DNA of 64,000 bases from the human T2T-CHM13v2.0 reference genome, Homo sapiens (GCF_009914755.1 NC_060942.1); one strand, 5' to 3'; shown: positions 25,570 to 38,353, counted from the first letter of the stretch. A program made the numbers and translations. Notes: generated by a model from the letters alone, not told the origin.

Positions 25570-26690
25570 GTGTGAGTGTGCTTGCCTGTGTAGGCTGTGT
25601 GGCTGTGTGAGCGTGAAGCAGGTGTGAGTGTGAACTGGGTGTGAAGCATGTTTGGTTCTGTGAGTGAATGTGATGTGTGACTCATGAGCGTGTTTGTGAG
25701 TGTGGATCGAGTGTGTGGATCCAATGCATGAATCGTGTGTGTGTGGATCCTGTGTGAGCATCCTGTGTTTTGTGTTTGTGGGTGTGGACCCTGTGAGAGT
25801 GTGAATCCTGTGTGTTTGTGGGTGTAAACCCTGGTGAGTGTGGATCCTGTGTGTTTGTGAATCGTGAGTGTGTTTTCTGTTGGTGGGTGTGGACCCTGTG
25901 TGTGAATTCTGTGTATTTTGGGGTGTGGACCCTGTGTGTGGATTCTGTGTATTCTGGGGTGTGGACCCTGTGTATGAATTCTGTTATTTAGGGGTGTGGA
26001 CCCTGTGTATGAATTCTGTGTATTTTGGAGTGTGGATCCTGTGTCTGTGAATCTCGAGTGTGTTTTGTGTTTGTGGGTGTGGACCCTGTGTGTGGATTCT
26101 GTGTATTTTGGGGTGTGGACCCTGTGTGTGAATTCTGTGTATTTTTGGGTGTGGATCCTGTGTGTCTGTGAACCTTGAGTGTGTTTTGTGTTTGTGGGTG
26201 TGGACCCTGTGTGTGAATTCTGTGTATTTTGGGGTGTGGACCCTGTGTGTGGATTCTGTGTATTCTGGGGTGTGGACCCTGTGTATGAATTCTGTTATTT
26301 TGGGGTGTGGACCCTGTGTATGAATTCTGTGTATTTTGGGGTGTGGATCCTGTGTCTGTGAATCTCGAGTGTGTTTTGTGTTTGTGGGTATGGACCCTGT
26401 GTGCGAATTCTGTGTATTTTTGGGTGTGGATCCTGTGTGTCTGTGAATCTCGAGTGTGTTTTGTGTTTGTGGGTGTGGACCCTGTGTGTGAATTCTGTGT
26501 ATTTTTGGGTGTGGATCCTGTGTCTGTGAATCTCGAGTGTGTTTTGTGTTTGCGGGTGTGGACTTTATATGAGCCTGAATTGCATGCGTGACTGTGTAAG
26601 TGTAAGCGAGCATTTGCATGAGTGTGCGAGTGTGAGTGTGCATTTGCTTGAGTGTGTGAGTGTGCCTTTGCATGAGTGTGAGTGTGCACT
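25570..26690. repeat. Compound TG-rich minisatellite (36-bp and ~47-bp units) with degenerate TG flanks
   Basis: A = tgtggaccctgtgtgtgaattctgtgtattttgggg; B = tgtggatcctgtgtctgtgaatctcgagtgtgttttgtgtttgtggg. Clear units at 25888-26560. Confidence 0.95.
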
Positions 26691-28143
26691 GGCACCCGGC
26701 TCATGGAGCACCTCTCCAGTCCTTGCAGGTGGGCAAGGGTGTGGCCTGGAGGGAGGCCGAGACCTGTGCCAGGAGGGAGGTGCGGAGTCTGTGTTTCTGA
26801 CCCCAGGAGATAGCCAGCTCCGGGCTCACAGGTGGCAGTGGACGCTTGACCCCACCTGGGCCCCTCACCGCCCTGCAGTCCCGCATCGCCAGCTCCCTTG
26901 TTTGGCTGCTTTGGCTCAGCCCGTGGGTTCAGGATGGAGCCAGGGGCAGGGGCTGCACAGGACATTGGCAGCAGGAGCTGGCTGACCCGTGTCCCTCTGT
27001 GCTGAGGCCGTCCACAGCCACCAACCTAGGGAAGATATGATCACCTCGGGGAGGCCACCTCCTGGCACCAGCCTCTCGCCAGCCCCTCGCCAGCCCCAGG
27101 CCCCACCAGGAGCCCCAGCCTCCCTGGGGCCTCCCTTGGGCTTCCCTCGGGCCTCCCTGCTGGGTTGGGTGCTCCCTTGCCTGGCCAGGCTGTCATGCAC
27201 AGAGCCCCACACCAGGGACAGGTGGCCGTGACTGACAGGGCCTCTGTGCCTGTACAAAGCGGGCAGCCGGCGACCTTTGTAAGGGGAGAGGCCCATTCCC
27301 TGTGGCATGTCTTCCCCACCCTCTGGCCTGTGCATTCCACAGTGAGCATGACACTCATTTCCTGGATGGAAAATGTTAGGACTTCAGTGCATGCCACAGC
27401 CTTGTACAACCAAAAGCTTTTGACACCGTGGAAGTAAAACATCTCAGGTCTATTAACACCAGGGAGGGGACAGACTTGCTGCCTGTGAAGACACCTGCCA
27501 TTCCAGCTGCACCACAGGCCACAGTGCAACAGAATCCCAGACCACCAACCCCCTGAACCCAGGTTAGACGGAAAAATAAACTTCTAGACCCTTCCCTGGA
27601 GTCATCTTACCCACAGGGCTAGCACCTGATGTCATTATCATGCTGGTAAATGTGAGATCACGGCCTGCGTCCATCTGAAAGTGTCATTTAGGAACTGCAG
27701 CCCACCTGGTGATCTTCAAGGAAACCAACCATAGCAGGGCCTGGGTGCAGAACACCTGCTCAGCACCGCCATCCAGGGATGTGAGTGCAAGACAGGAGGG
27801 CTGGCCAGCTCTCCTCCTCGGAAATGTGCCTTTTGGTTAGATGGAAATGCTAAGGTGGAGGGTGTGCAGGCTCCCAGATGTAAAATGTCAGCATCCCAGA
27901 AGGAAGTGTGAGCGCTGCGTATTTCCACAGCCTCTTGTAGCCCCTTTGCACCCCACCTAAAGACAACCAGAAGGCACAGCCTGTCTTCATGCAGCACGGC
28001 AGGGTGCCATGAAGCCAGGCAGTGCCATCACTGATATTGTGGTTATGCTGTGGTTTTCATAACCCCAGAGAAAATACTAGAATGAGAAAAAGGGATATGC
28101 TTTCCCATTTGACGGGACTACGGTATTTACACAAAAATCCAGC

Positions 28144-28209
28144 TTTCTGGCCAATCATTGTGTACACATTTCTGGCCAATCATTGTGTATCATTGATGGT
28201 CAATCATTG
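28144..28209. repeat. 25-bp tandem duplication carrying CCAAT boxes
   Basis: tttctggccaatcattgtgta at 28144 and 28169; third degenerate copy tggtcaatcattg at 28197. Confidence 0.85.
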
Positions 28210-29269
28210 AAAGTCCTTTAATGGCCACCTCCATTTCATGGAGGTGTAACCTCAATCCTTTTCCCATCAAGACACGAAAGTTAGCTCTGATAGATTCTAA
28301 TAACAAGCAAATATTTACTAAAATAAGATGAAAGGGTCTGTTGTGCAAGAACCACCAAGGATTTCCATTCTCCAAGGCCCGGGAACATTTTCCTTCAGGA
28401 TAGGAATTGTCTCCAAGGCCCTTCCCCCTGCAGACACATTCCATGGTGGAGGTGTGTTGCCGTGGGAGGTGAGCCTTTCTTTCTCAGCAGTTCCAGCTCT
28501 GGCACTGGGCGTGTGTGGTGAGTGCTGAGGAAGGGGCTGGGCACAAAGTGTCCTGGGTGGGGGAGGGAAAGAAGGATGGGGGGACCCCACGGAGTCCATG
28601 TCACATCCCTGCATGGAGGGGAAGCGCAGCTATTGCTAGGACAATCTGCAGCATTGACAGTCACTGATTTTTACAGGAATGAACAGAAAGAGAGGGATGG
28701 GAAAGAGCGCCCAAAAGCCTGTGTGCCCCCGACGGGCCTGTGGCCACCTGAGCACAATGGCCTTCTGTGCCCTTCCCCTAGCAGTGAGTGGGGTCTGTCC
28801 TGTGTGCTGGGCACAGCCGTTTTCCCAGCAGGACAAAGGCTGTGAAAGGCTGAGGGGACAGAGGACTCGAGGGGCCTCCCGTGGGCCTCGTCAGTACCTC
28901 TGCACCGTCCCCTCCCACTCCCGCCCACCCGCCTTACACCAGCTTCTCTGGGACTTTGGTGTGGGTTGAGGAGTAGAGAGTCAGGAGGAGCTAGGTGGGC
29001 AGGAGGGAGGGTCCCACACTGGAACTTTAGTCCCACACACTGAACCCAGCTTCTCAGCAGTGAGCAGCGCGCTCAGCAGGAGGAGAAGGGTCCTCTCTGC
29101 ACGCCTGCGTCTCAGGTGGGCCATGCGAGTGCATGAGGAGATGCCTGGGGATCCTTCCTCAAAGCCACGGCGTGGACTGCCCTGCATGCTGAGGCGGGGA
29201 AGCCCGAGAGGGCCTGGGAGGCTGTTTGGTTCTTCACCTGGTGCCGCATGCAGAGGAGCAGGCCGGGTA

Positions 29270-30025
29270 CGTGTGCATGTGTCTCCGCATGTGTGTGCTT
29301 GTGTGTGTGCATGTATGTCCGTGTGTGTGCTTGTGAGTGCATGTGTGTCCATGTGTGTGCTTGTGTGTGTGCATGTGTGTCCGTGTGCATGCTTGTATGT
29401 GTGCATGTGTCCATGTGTGAGTGTGCTTGTGTGTGTGTGTATGGATCCATGTGTGTATGTATCCATGTGTATATATGGGATATGTATTTGTACATGTTTG
29501 TGGATGCGTGTGTACATGTGTGTATATGAGTGTGTATATGTGTCTGTGTGTTTGTACTTGTAAGTGGTGTGCTTGTGTGCATGTGTGCCCATTTGTGTGA
29601 GTGTGCTTGTGTGTATGTGTCTGTGTGTGTGTATATTTCCGTGTGTATGTCCATGTGTGTATATGTGCATGTGTATTTGTACGTTTGTGGATGCATGTAT
29701 ACATTTGTGTATGTGAGTGTGTGTATATGTGCTTGTGTGTTTGTGTGTGCTTACAAGTGGTGTGCTTGTGTATGTATCATGTGTATGTATCCGTGTGTGT
29801 GCATGTGCATTTGTACATGCTTTTGTGTATGTATGTACACGTGTATATGAATTTTTGTATATGTGCCTGTGTGTTTGTGCATGCTTGTAAGTGGTGTCCG
29901 TGTGTATGTGTCTGCGTGTGTGTGCATGTGTATTTGTATATGTGTTTGTGTATGCATGTGTACATATGTGTATATAAGGGTGTGTATATGTGCCTGTGTG
30001 TGTGTGCCCTCCACATATGTGCATG
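29270..30025. repeat. Long degenerate (TG/TA)n low-complexity block
   Basis: ~750 bp dominated by tg, ta and ca dinucleotides. Confidence 0.95.
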
Positions 30026-32361
30026 AGGACTTCCTTGTAATTGGTGTGATGCTCTGATGGCAGAGGGATCCCGGGACTCGGGGAACCCAGGTGCAGCTCC
30101 CTGCACACATCTCATTGCTCAGAGCTTCTGGCCTGGCCTCCTCTGATCTCCTTTTCTGGGTCCTGGGAGTACCCTGCTTCGGAAGGACAGTTCCCGTGCT
30201 GGCCTCGTGCACTGGGCCGCGGTGGATTCACTTTGCAGCGTCGCGGGAATCCAGCTTTCCTCTGCCATTATCCAGCTAACCTGAAACCTGGCGAGAACGA
30301 CAGCAAGAAAAACTGCTGGGACAGTGAGATGATGGATTTCAAATTATTATGTTTTTGTTGTACTTTTGAATGAGCATTGAAATTTATCTCTGGGAACTGA
30401 TGAACAGCAAATGAACAAAACCCCATGACAGTCCTAATCCTTCTCCTTAATATGTGCACCAGAGGGGGCTGTGCTGTGGGTCTGACTGGGAATATTAACC
30501 ATTCCAAAATACATTTCGGTTTCATTTTTTAAAAAGGCAAAAATGCCTTACTGTAGATTTCTACTTCCCTCTAGAAGAAAAAACATGATGCTGTTTTAAA
30601 CTGCAGCACTGGAAAAAAAAAAAACATGTGAAATATGTGATGTGGTGTTTTTACCAACTGTCTAAATAAAGGTTTAGTGAGTCACTATGGAAAACAGAAA
30701 ATCTTCCTTTAAGAGCTGCAGTTTAAGAGTGTTTTTTTTCTTTTTTCTTTTTCTTTTTCTTTTTTTTTTTAATGCAAAAGCTTCCCTTAGGTTTGTAACT
30801 TACACATTGCCCATCTGCTAGATCCTCCCCGGCCTGAATTTACAGCAAATCTGAGATTTCAATGTTCAAAAAATGCACTTTGGAAATATGCCTCTGTGGC
30901 CGGCAGCATCTATGCGGATGGAAAGAGGGAGCTCTGGGCTCCGGGATCCTCTTCATCCGTATTCAAAGAAACCCTGGGTCTCCAGCCTGCATGTGTGAAG
31001 TTGGACCAGCATCCCGGAGCTCAAACACGGGGGGTGGGAGACGAGGCTGCGTCCTTGTTGGGACTTCACCTGTTTTCCAAAGTCGTACAGGAAGAGCCTG
31101 GAGACCACGCCACCCCAGAGCGTCCCGGCTGGTGACCTTGTTCGTCCATGGGTCTGGGGGGAGCCTGCAGTCGCCAGGCTCCTGAGCTTGAGCTGCTGAT
31201 CCCGCTGGCTGCAAACACCTCGCCGGGAGGCAGGCTCTCCGTTTTTTATTTTCAGAGGAAACCTGGCTTTTCTTTCTCATCCAGACTTTTGCTCCAAAGG
31301 CTACAGCCAAAATGCCACTGGTCTGTTAAGCTGACTAAGGTTACACCTCAGTTTCTTTTAATGAAGTAGAAACAGTTGTCCCGACATCAAAAATTACATC
31401 CAAGAACGAGCTTCAAAGGCCCAAGTAGTTTTCACAGCTCCCGACTTATTTTTCTGTCTCAGGGTCCCATTATTAATGAACTCAGTCGCTTTCGCAAACA
31501 CAACTGCACAAGTGTTTCCAACCACATCTATAAAACTATTTAATGCACTTTTCAGAACAAGGCGTCTTACAGCCATAGTAATTGCAGTTTTACTAGACCT
31601 TTAAATGAGAAGCAACCACTTATGAAGTTTTGATATGGCGAGCTGATTAGACAAGTTAAACACAAAGGCACCATTTATGGGGGCTGTGTACCCACGTGGG
31701 CACCCCGCGCACAGGCAGTGCGGCGTCCTGCTAGGTGCACAGCTTTATACCACTTACAGGTTGCAAGTAGCAACGAGAAAAATGCTAGATTTTACAGGAA
31801 AATAATATTCATAAATCTCCCGCTGTGAATTACAGTATAACTCAGAGCTGTCTTTGTTTTGCTGCTGCGATGAAGTCAATTCTGTTTCGGGTGGAAATGA
31901 TACACACAGAGCCCAAGGTGGAAGCCAGTCCCCTCGCATTTGGTGAGGTTTGTAGCCAGTCCCAGCTGGAGCGCGGAACAGCTGAACCCACTCGACGCCG
32001 GCAATTCCTGGAGGTTTCTTTTCTCTTCTTGAGAGCAGAGCTGCGGAGGACGTGAGGGGACTTTCTTGGGTGCTGTGCCCTGAGGTGAGGCCCCTTTATC
32101 CTTTTCACCAGGCGGTATTGCCTCACACCGGTTCCCCAGAGGGAAATGGTCCCAAAGGTACCTCTCCCGGGCTGGCCCTGGGGACCGCGGCTGGTCACTC
32201 TTTCTTCATGCTGATGTCGTGGAAGGGGTGGTCGTGTGTTTCAAACAGAGAGCAAGTACACATGCTCATATTCCACACATCTTTTGATCCATCCAAACTA
32301 TACGGAGACATGCAATTTTGTTCATGTTTTATTGTCCCTAGAAGAGTTCATTTTCCCCAAA

Positions 32362-32410
32362 AGATCCCCGCGGCTCAGTGGTAGATCCCCGCGGCTCAGT
32401 GGTAGATCCC
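32362..32410. repeat. 21-bp tandem duplication
   Basis: agatccccgcggctcagtggt twice exactly, plus agatccc. Confidence 0.9.
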
Positions 32411-33744
32411 AGCATGGTCACTGATCCTCGGTCCCACATGTGAGGTCACTCAGTCTCTCTGAGGGTCAGCGTCTTCACCTGTGAGTGGGCATGGCAGTGC
32501 CCATCCATGGAGTCTGCAGGAGGCTGACGCCCACTGAAGGACACCACAGCCCTGTGGGTCCCCGTGGGATGGGCACTCTCTGGGACTGTTAGGTCCCACA
32601 GGTGCGCCTCTTTCCTGCAACGTGCCTTTCATGCCCCTTTAGTCCCAGAAGCCCATCTCCTTCTGGACTTCTCCCCGATGAGCTGGAGAGATGGCATTGT
32701 CATGCCCAAGTCCTCTCTGCTCCTTGTCTGCACGCGGCTGAGCTCTCACAGCCGGAAACATCCTCCCCTCTGGCGCAGAGCCCACACACTGTGGCCTTAC
32801 CTGTTGATTTCAAATACTTCTTCCTTTGCCTGGTTCCCTCTCCTTGGGGAAGTTCCAGAAAGCTCTTGCTCAATTGTCTAGAAGCTCAAGGACAAAGCAC
32901 CTGTCTTGAGAAGCCCCAGGTTACACTGCCTGTAGCTCAGCTCCTTGCAAACAAGTTTAGATTGTGATTTAAGAAAAGCGGGTCATCTTTCTTTCTCTCC
33001 ATTTGGGGCTCCAACCATAGACCTAAATACTGTCAGAAGACTGCATGGCAGGAGCTCCAAGACGGGAAGGGGGGTCGCTGCTCAACAGAACCTTTATTTG
33101 GTGTGTTGCTTTAATTAAAGGAGAATGTCTGGGGCGGGTGGTTCTCTCGGGCCTCTGCAGAGCGTGGGAGCTCAGCATCATCCAGGATGCAGCCAGCACA
33201 GGGGCCCCGGGGGAAGGTGGCATCCCGGGGGCCAGGGCCGGGGCTGTGCGGGAGGGATGCCAGCCATCCTGTGAAGGCTCCAGGTGGAAACCACGGCCAT
33301 CACCACACCGAAGCCATCATCTGGCCACTACCGGCTCTGCTCCCAGGGTCAGGGGCACGCTGGGGGGGCACAGGTATGGGGTTACTGCCCTTACCTGTGC
33401 CAGCCGGGGTCAGAGGCCAGACAGTGCCAGCACAGAGGGGCTTCACTTGGCTTGGACTCCACACGTGCTCTGGAACAGTCGTCTCACCCGTGAAGGGAGC
33501 AGCATGTGTGCTGGGAGCAGGGCAGGGAGCGCACTGCCGCCTGGGGAGCTCTCCCAAGACCCAGAGGAAGGGCACTTCCTGGCACCGCATCAGGGCACAC
33601 AGCGCCCTGCAGGGCTGTATCTCCCCAGGCAGGGGCTCTGCACGGGGTGCTCTTCCGACAGCCAGAGGATGCTGCCCAGGGCCTCCTGCGGAGAAAGCTG
33701 CGGGAGGTGGGCACCCACTGTGCACCCAGCAAACAGCGTGCGGC

Positions 33745-34160
33745 GTGTGCATGTGAATCAGTGTGTGAGCGTGTGACTGAAAATGTGTGTAGGTGGTAGG
33801 TGGCTGTACCTGTGTATGTCTGTGTGTGTGTGTATTGTGTGAGTTGGTATGTAGATGTGTATTGTGTGTGAGTGTGAATTGTGTGTGGGTGTGTGTGGGT
33901 GCCCATGGGCGTGTCTCTGTGGGTATATGTCTGTATGTTCCTGTGTGTGCTCATGTGTGTATCCATGTGTGCGTCTGCAGGTGTGTCCATGTGTATGGGT
34001 GCCTCTGTGTGTGTCCATATGTCTCTGTGTGTCTGTGTGTATCCATGTATGTCTTTGTGTGTTCATGTGTGTCTGTCTCTGTGTGTCTGTGTTCACGTGT
34101 GTCTTTGTGTCTGTGGGTGTGTCCATGCATGTGTGTATGAGCACACGTGCACACACAGGT
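33745..34160. repeat. Degenerate (TG)n low-complexity block
   Basis: ~400 bp rich in tgtgtc and gtgtccat. Confidence 0.93.
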
Positions 34161-35247
34161 GAGTGTGCCACACACCATTGTCTTGGCCCTTGCACATATC
34201 AGTTTTCTTCCTCAGTGAAGAGTGCGCGATGGAACAAGGACCCGCGTGTTGGGCTCCATCCCCTTTTCCTCAGGCAACGTTTCATTCCCTTTCTTCCTGA
34301 GCCGGGCGTTCAGCCACAACCTGGCATAGGAGCCTCAAATCCCATAACACTGTCGGAAGAAGAGGGGTCAGAAGGTGGGCTTCCCAGCTTCTTTTCCCCA
34401 AAGCTGTCTTTTATTCATGAATTTTCCAAGTACCGCAATGCATTCTTGACTCTGTGAGCGGCAGTCACATGGATGTGTCCACAGCCCAGCTGCCTTTCGG
34501 TTGGAATCCAGCTCGTAGGTGCCAAGCCCTGCGAGGCTCCTGGCCCCCACAGCAGCCACAGAGTGGCCCAGGACCACCAGACACACTCAGAGGGACCAGT
34601 ACTGTGCCACAGAGGCTGCTTCCCAGGAGAAGGCCCAGTTCCTTCTCTCATCGCAGGCTCGAGATGAGCCCCAGGTAGGCTCTGGATGCATGTGTCTGCC
34701 AGAACCAGGGTTCCTATTCACTGCCAAGTGCATACCAGCAGGCCCGAATTGCACCAACCCAGCGGGATGTGCACAGCCACAAGGCAGGGACGTCCTCAGG
34801 GAAGGACGGATGGCGAACCTGGAAAGGCATCTCAGGAGCAGAAGCAGCTGGAACCCCTCAGGAGTCAGGGTGGAGAGCGGCCTGAGAGGAGTGCCGAGGA
34901 CCCCGTATTCCTGAAAGGACAAGCCTGTGCCAGGTAGACAGGATGGAGCTGTCAGGGAGCACTCATGGGGCCTCCCTCCTGGAGAAGACAGGCACGTGAC
35001 AAGGATGGCCCAGTCAGCACTCACAGAACACCTGAGAGGGTTGACTTCACCTGTCAACTCGGCTCGGCCATGGCGCTGATGGCCAAACCCCAGTACAGAT
35101 GTTGTTGTGTAGGTGTTTTTCCATGTGATGAACGTCTAATCAGTGGACTTCGAGTAAAGCAGATGACCTTCTGTCATGTGTGTGAGCCCCAACCCATGAG
35201 ATGAAGGTCTTCCAAGCAAAGGCAAAGGTTTCTGGAGAAGGAATTCT

Positions 35248-35382
35248 TTTTTTTTTCCTTTTTTTTAAATTATTATACTTTAAGTTTTAGGGTACAGGTG
35301 CACAACGTGCAGGTTAGTTACATATGTATACATGTGCCATGTTGGTGTGCTGCACCCATTAACTCGTCATTTAACATTAGGT
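35248..35382 (-). mobile_element. Young L1PA (PA3-like) extreme 3' end, 5'-truncated
   Basis: ttattatactttaagttttagggtaca...ggttagttacatatgtatacatgtgccatgttggtgtgctgcacccattaactcgtcatttaacattaggt. Confidence 0.93.
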
Positions 35383-35494
35383 TTTAGAGAGAGGGTCTTG
35401 CTCTCTTGCCCAGGCTAGTCTTGAGCTCCTGGCCTCAAGCAATCCTCCTGCTTCAGCCTCCCAAGGTGCTGGGATTGTAGGCATGACCCACTGT
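35383..35494 (-). mobile_element. FLAM_C / Alu left monomer
   Basis: agagagagggtcttgctctcttgcccaggctagtcttgagctcctggcctcaagcaatcctcc...; TSD aggaattct at 35239-35247 and 35495-35503. Confidence 0.88.
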
Positions 35495-35632
35495 AGGAAT
35501 TCTGCTCTAGGTAGTTAGAGAGCTTTTGGACTCTAGACGATGACATCAGCACTTCCCCGGCTCTCACCTGTCCTGCAGATTTCAGACCTGCCAGCCCCAT
35601 CAGTCATGTGAGCCAATTCCTTAAACTCTCTC

Positions 35633-35936
35633 GGCTGGATGCGGTGGCTCATGCCTGTAATTCCAGCACTTTGGGAGGCCGAGGTGGGTGGATCACTTGA
35701 GGCCAGGAGTTCAAGACCAGCCTGGCCAATATGGTGAAACCTGTCTCTACTAAAAATACAAAAATTAGCTGGGCATGGTGGTGCGCACCTGTAATCCCAG
35801 CTACTCAGGAGGCTGAGGCAGGAGAATAGCTTGAACCTGGGAGGCAGAGGTTACAATGAGCTGAGGATGCACCATTGCACTCCAGCCCGGACAACAGAGG
35901 AAGACTCTGTCTCAAAAAAAATAATTAAAAAAAAAA
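35633..35936 (+). mobile_element. AluS (Sz/Sx-like)
   Basis: Full dimer with A tail; flanks aaactctctc/aaacctctctc; followed by the (TC)n(CA)n of the MLT2. Confidence 0.95.
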
Positions 35937-35957
35937 CCTCTCTCTCTCTCTCTCTCT

Positions 35958-35997
<40 letters not shown>

Positions 35998-37231
35998 TTT
36001 GCTTCTCTGGAGAGCCCTAATACAGCATCCAAACCCTGATAAACTTTTTCTGGTCTGCAATTGTTTCATTTGAAAGAGACCCAGTAGATTTGCTTGGCAT
36101 CTGGGGAGTGGGTGGTGGGTGGGGGACCGTCTGAATTTTGGTCCTTATTTTTCAGGTTTCCCTCTGGCTTGGACTTTATAGTTAAGTTGGTAGACCTCTT
36201 CAAACCAATGATTACCCTAGAAACGATGCTCAAGCCGTGAAGAAAAGAAACAGTTTTAAAGCGCCAACACACACACACTCATGTGCACGTCGGTGGCACA
36301 CGCAGCTGAATCTGGACTGAAGAAATATTTTCTGATAGAAGTCAAGCTTGATAAAAGGAATGTGCGCTCCACATGTGAAAGTACGGTATTAATAATTAAG
36401 CCATGCGATCATTACCTCAGGATATTATTTCTTAAATATCTCTTGCAAAGGCAATATGATTACATATGAATGATATCAATTTTCTACCAACAAAAAAATC
36501 TGCAGAAATAGGAATTGAATTACACTGTCCAATTTGCTGTAAAGTTCACTGTATGTGAAGAAATTAATCAAAGCTACCACCACCCATTTTTATGGGAACA
36601 TAAAATGATGTGAACTTCCATTTTTAATAAAGATGCATAGCACTTTTATGAAGACTGACTAATAACACTATAATGAACTGAAAAGCTACTGATATATTAA
36701 GAATGAAAATTTTGAGGAGTGTATTTACTGAGACTTTTTCATGAGAGGCGGTATTTCTCTGAAGTCTCTACTTGAATCATTATAATGGCTCAAAACAGAG
36801 GCAAAATTTTCAGGGAGAGCACAGCATGAGTGTTGTAGAAATTTATCCTCAGGATGTGAGAATGGTCCCAGAACGGATGTGCCTAGAGAACAGTACTTGT
36901 GCTCCATTGATGCCCAACGCCGGGTGTCTGGGCAACGGGGCAGAGCAGAGGGGGCTACACCGGAAAGCTGCGGCTGCTCCTTTTTATCTTCCTCCTTCAC
37001 CTCTTCACCCTCAGAGCACCAACAATCCACCAGTAATTTCTTGGGAGCCACTTCCCGGAACAGAAGCCCCTGAAAGATGAGGCGATGGGATGTTAAGGTT
37101 TTGCTTCACCATGTGGCATCTTCGTGCAGCTCCACCTCTCCCAGCTCTGGGCAGGGCCCTCATCTTCATCCTCAGCCTCAGAACCTGGGAAAGAATGCAG
37201 ACACATGAATTGTAAAACAAATGCCTTTGAC

Positions 37232-37922
<691 letters not shown>

Positions 37923-38169
37923 TGGTGGTGGTACGGGGCATGCCAGTGCCACTTTGGGCAGATGGAACAATTTGCATGAGCCCCAGTTGGCTCAGAGGCA
38001 TCTCCAGGTATCAGAACACCCAGAAGCCGGCATCTCAGAATGTCTGTGCTCACCCAACGAGAAGCTGCCTTAAGCCAAAGATATCAGCACCCAACACAGA
38101 GCTCAAGGCATGGACTCATGGTCCCATCTGAAGCGGCGCAAATCACCATGTTTTTGTTCATGTATTTTT

Positions 38170-38317
38170 TTTCTATTTTCAGAATAAAAAATTAATCCAT
38201 GCTTACTATAAAAATGTGTAAATACAGAAAAATATAAATAAAATAACGATTATCCAAAATTCTCCCTCCTGGAAATAACATCTGTTAGCATTTTGGTATA
38301 TTTCCTTTCATTCACAT

Positions 38318-38353
<36 letters not shown>

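Larger units (their letters stand above)
35033..36024 (+). mobile_element. MLT2C/D-like ERVL LTR, interrupted by FLAM+L1PA and an Alu
   Basis: tgtcaactcggc...aatcagtggacttcgagtaaagcagat...aggaattctgc...gtgagccaattccttaaa...ttctctggagagccctaataca. Confidence 0.88.

Noticed and set aside
24693-25575. 250-aa and 175-aa ORFs in the GC-rich patch; also 33045..33776 and 40880..41521
   Set aside because: Pro/Ala/Gly/Arg/Ser-rich with no recognisable domain, and overlapped by ORFs in other frames, as expected from high GC.
25984-26965. Long His/Thr-rich ORFs (229 and 325 aa)
   Set aside because: Translations of the CA-rich strand of the minisatellite, which lacks stops by composition.
28981-30212. 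375-aa ORF and overlapping Cys/Val or His/Thr ORFs; likewise 33758-34457, 39105-39785 and 55526-55889
   Set aside because: Dinucleotide low-complexity artefacts, open in several frames on both strands.
32370-32410. tRNA-like gctcagtggtaga (A-box/D-arm) motif, twice
   Set aside because: No downstream B box (GTTCRA) and no cloverleaf; explained by a 21-bp tandem duplication.
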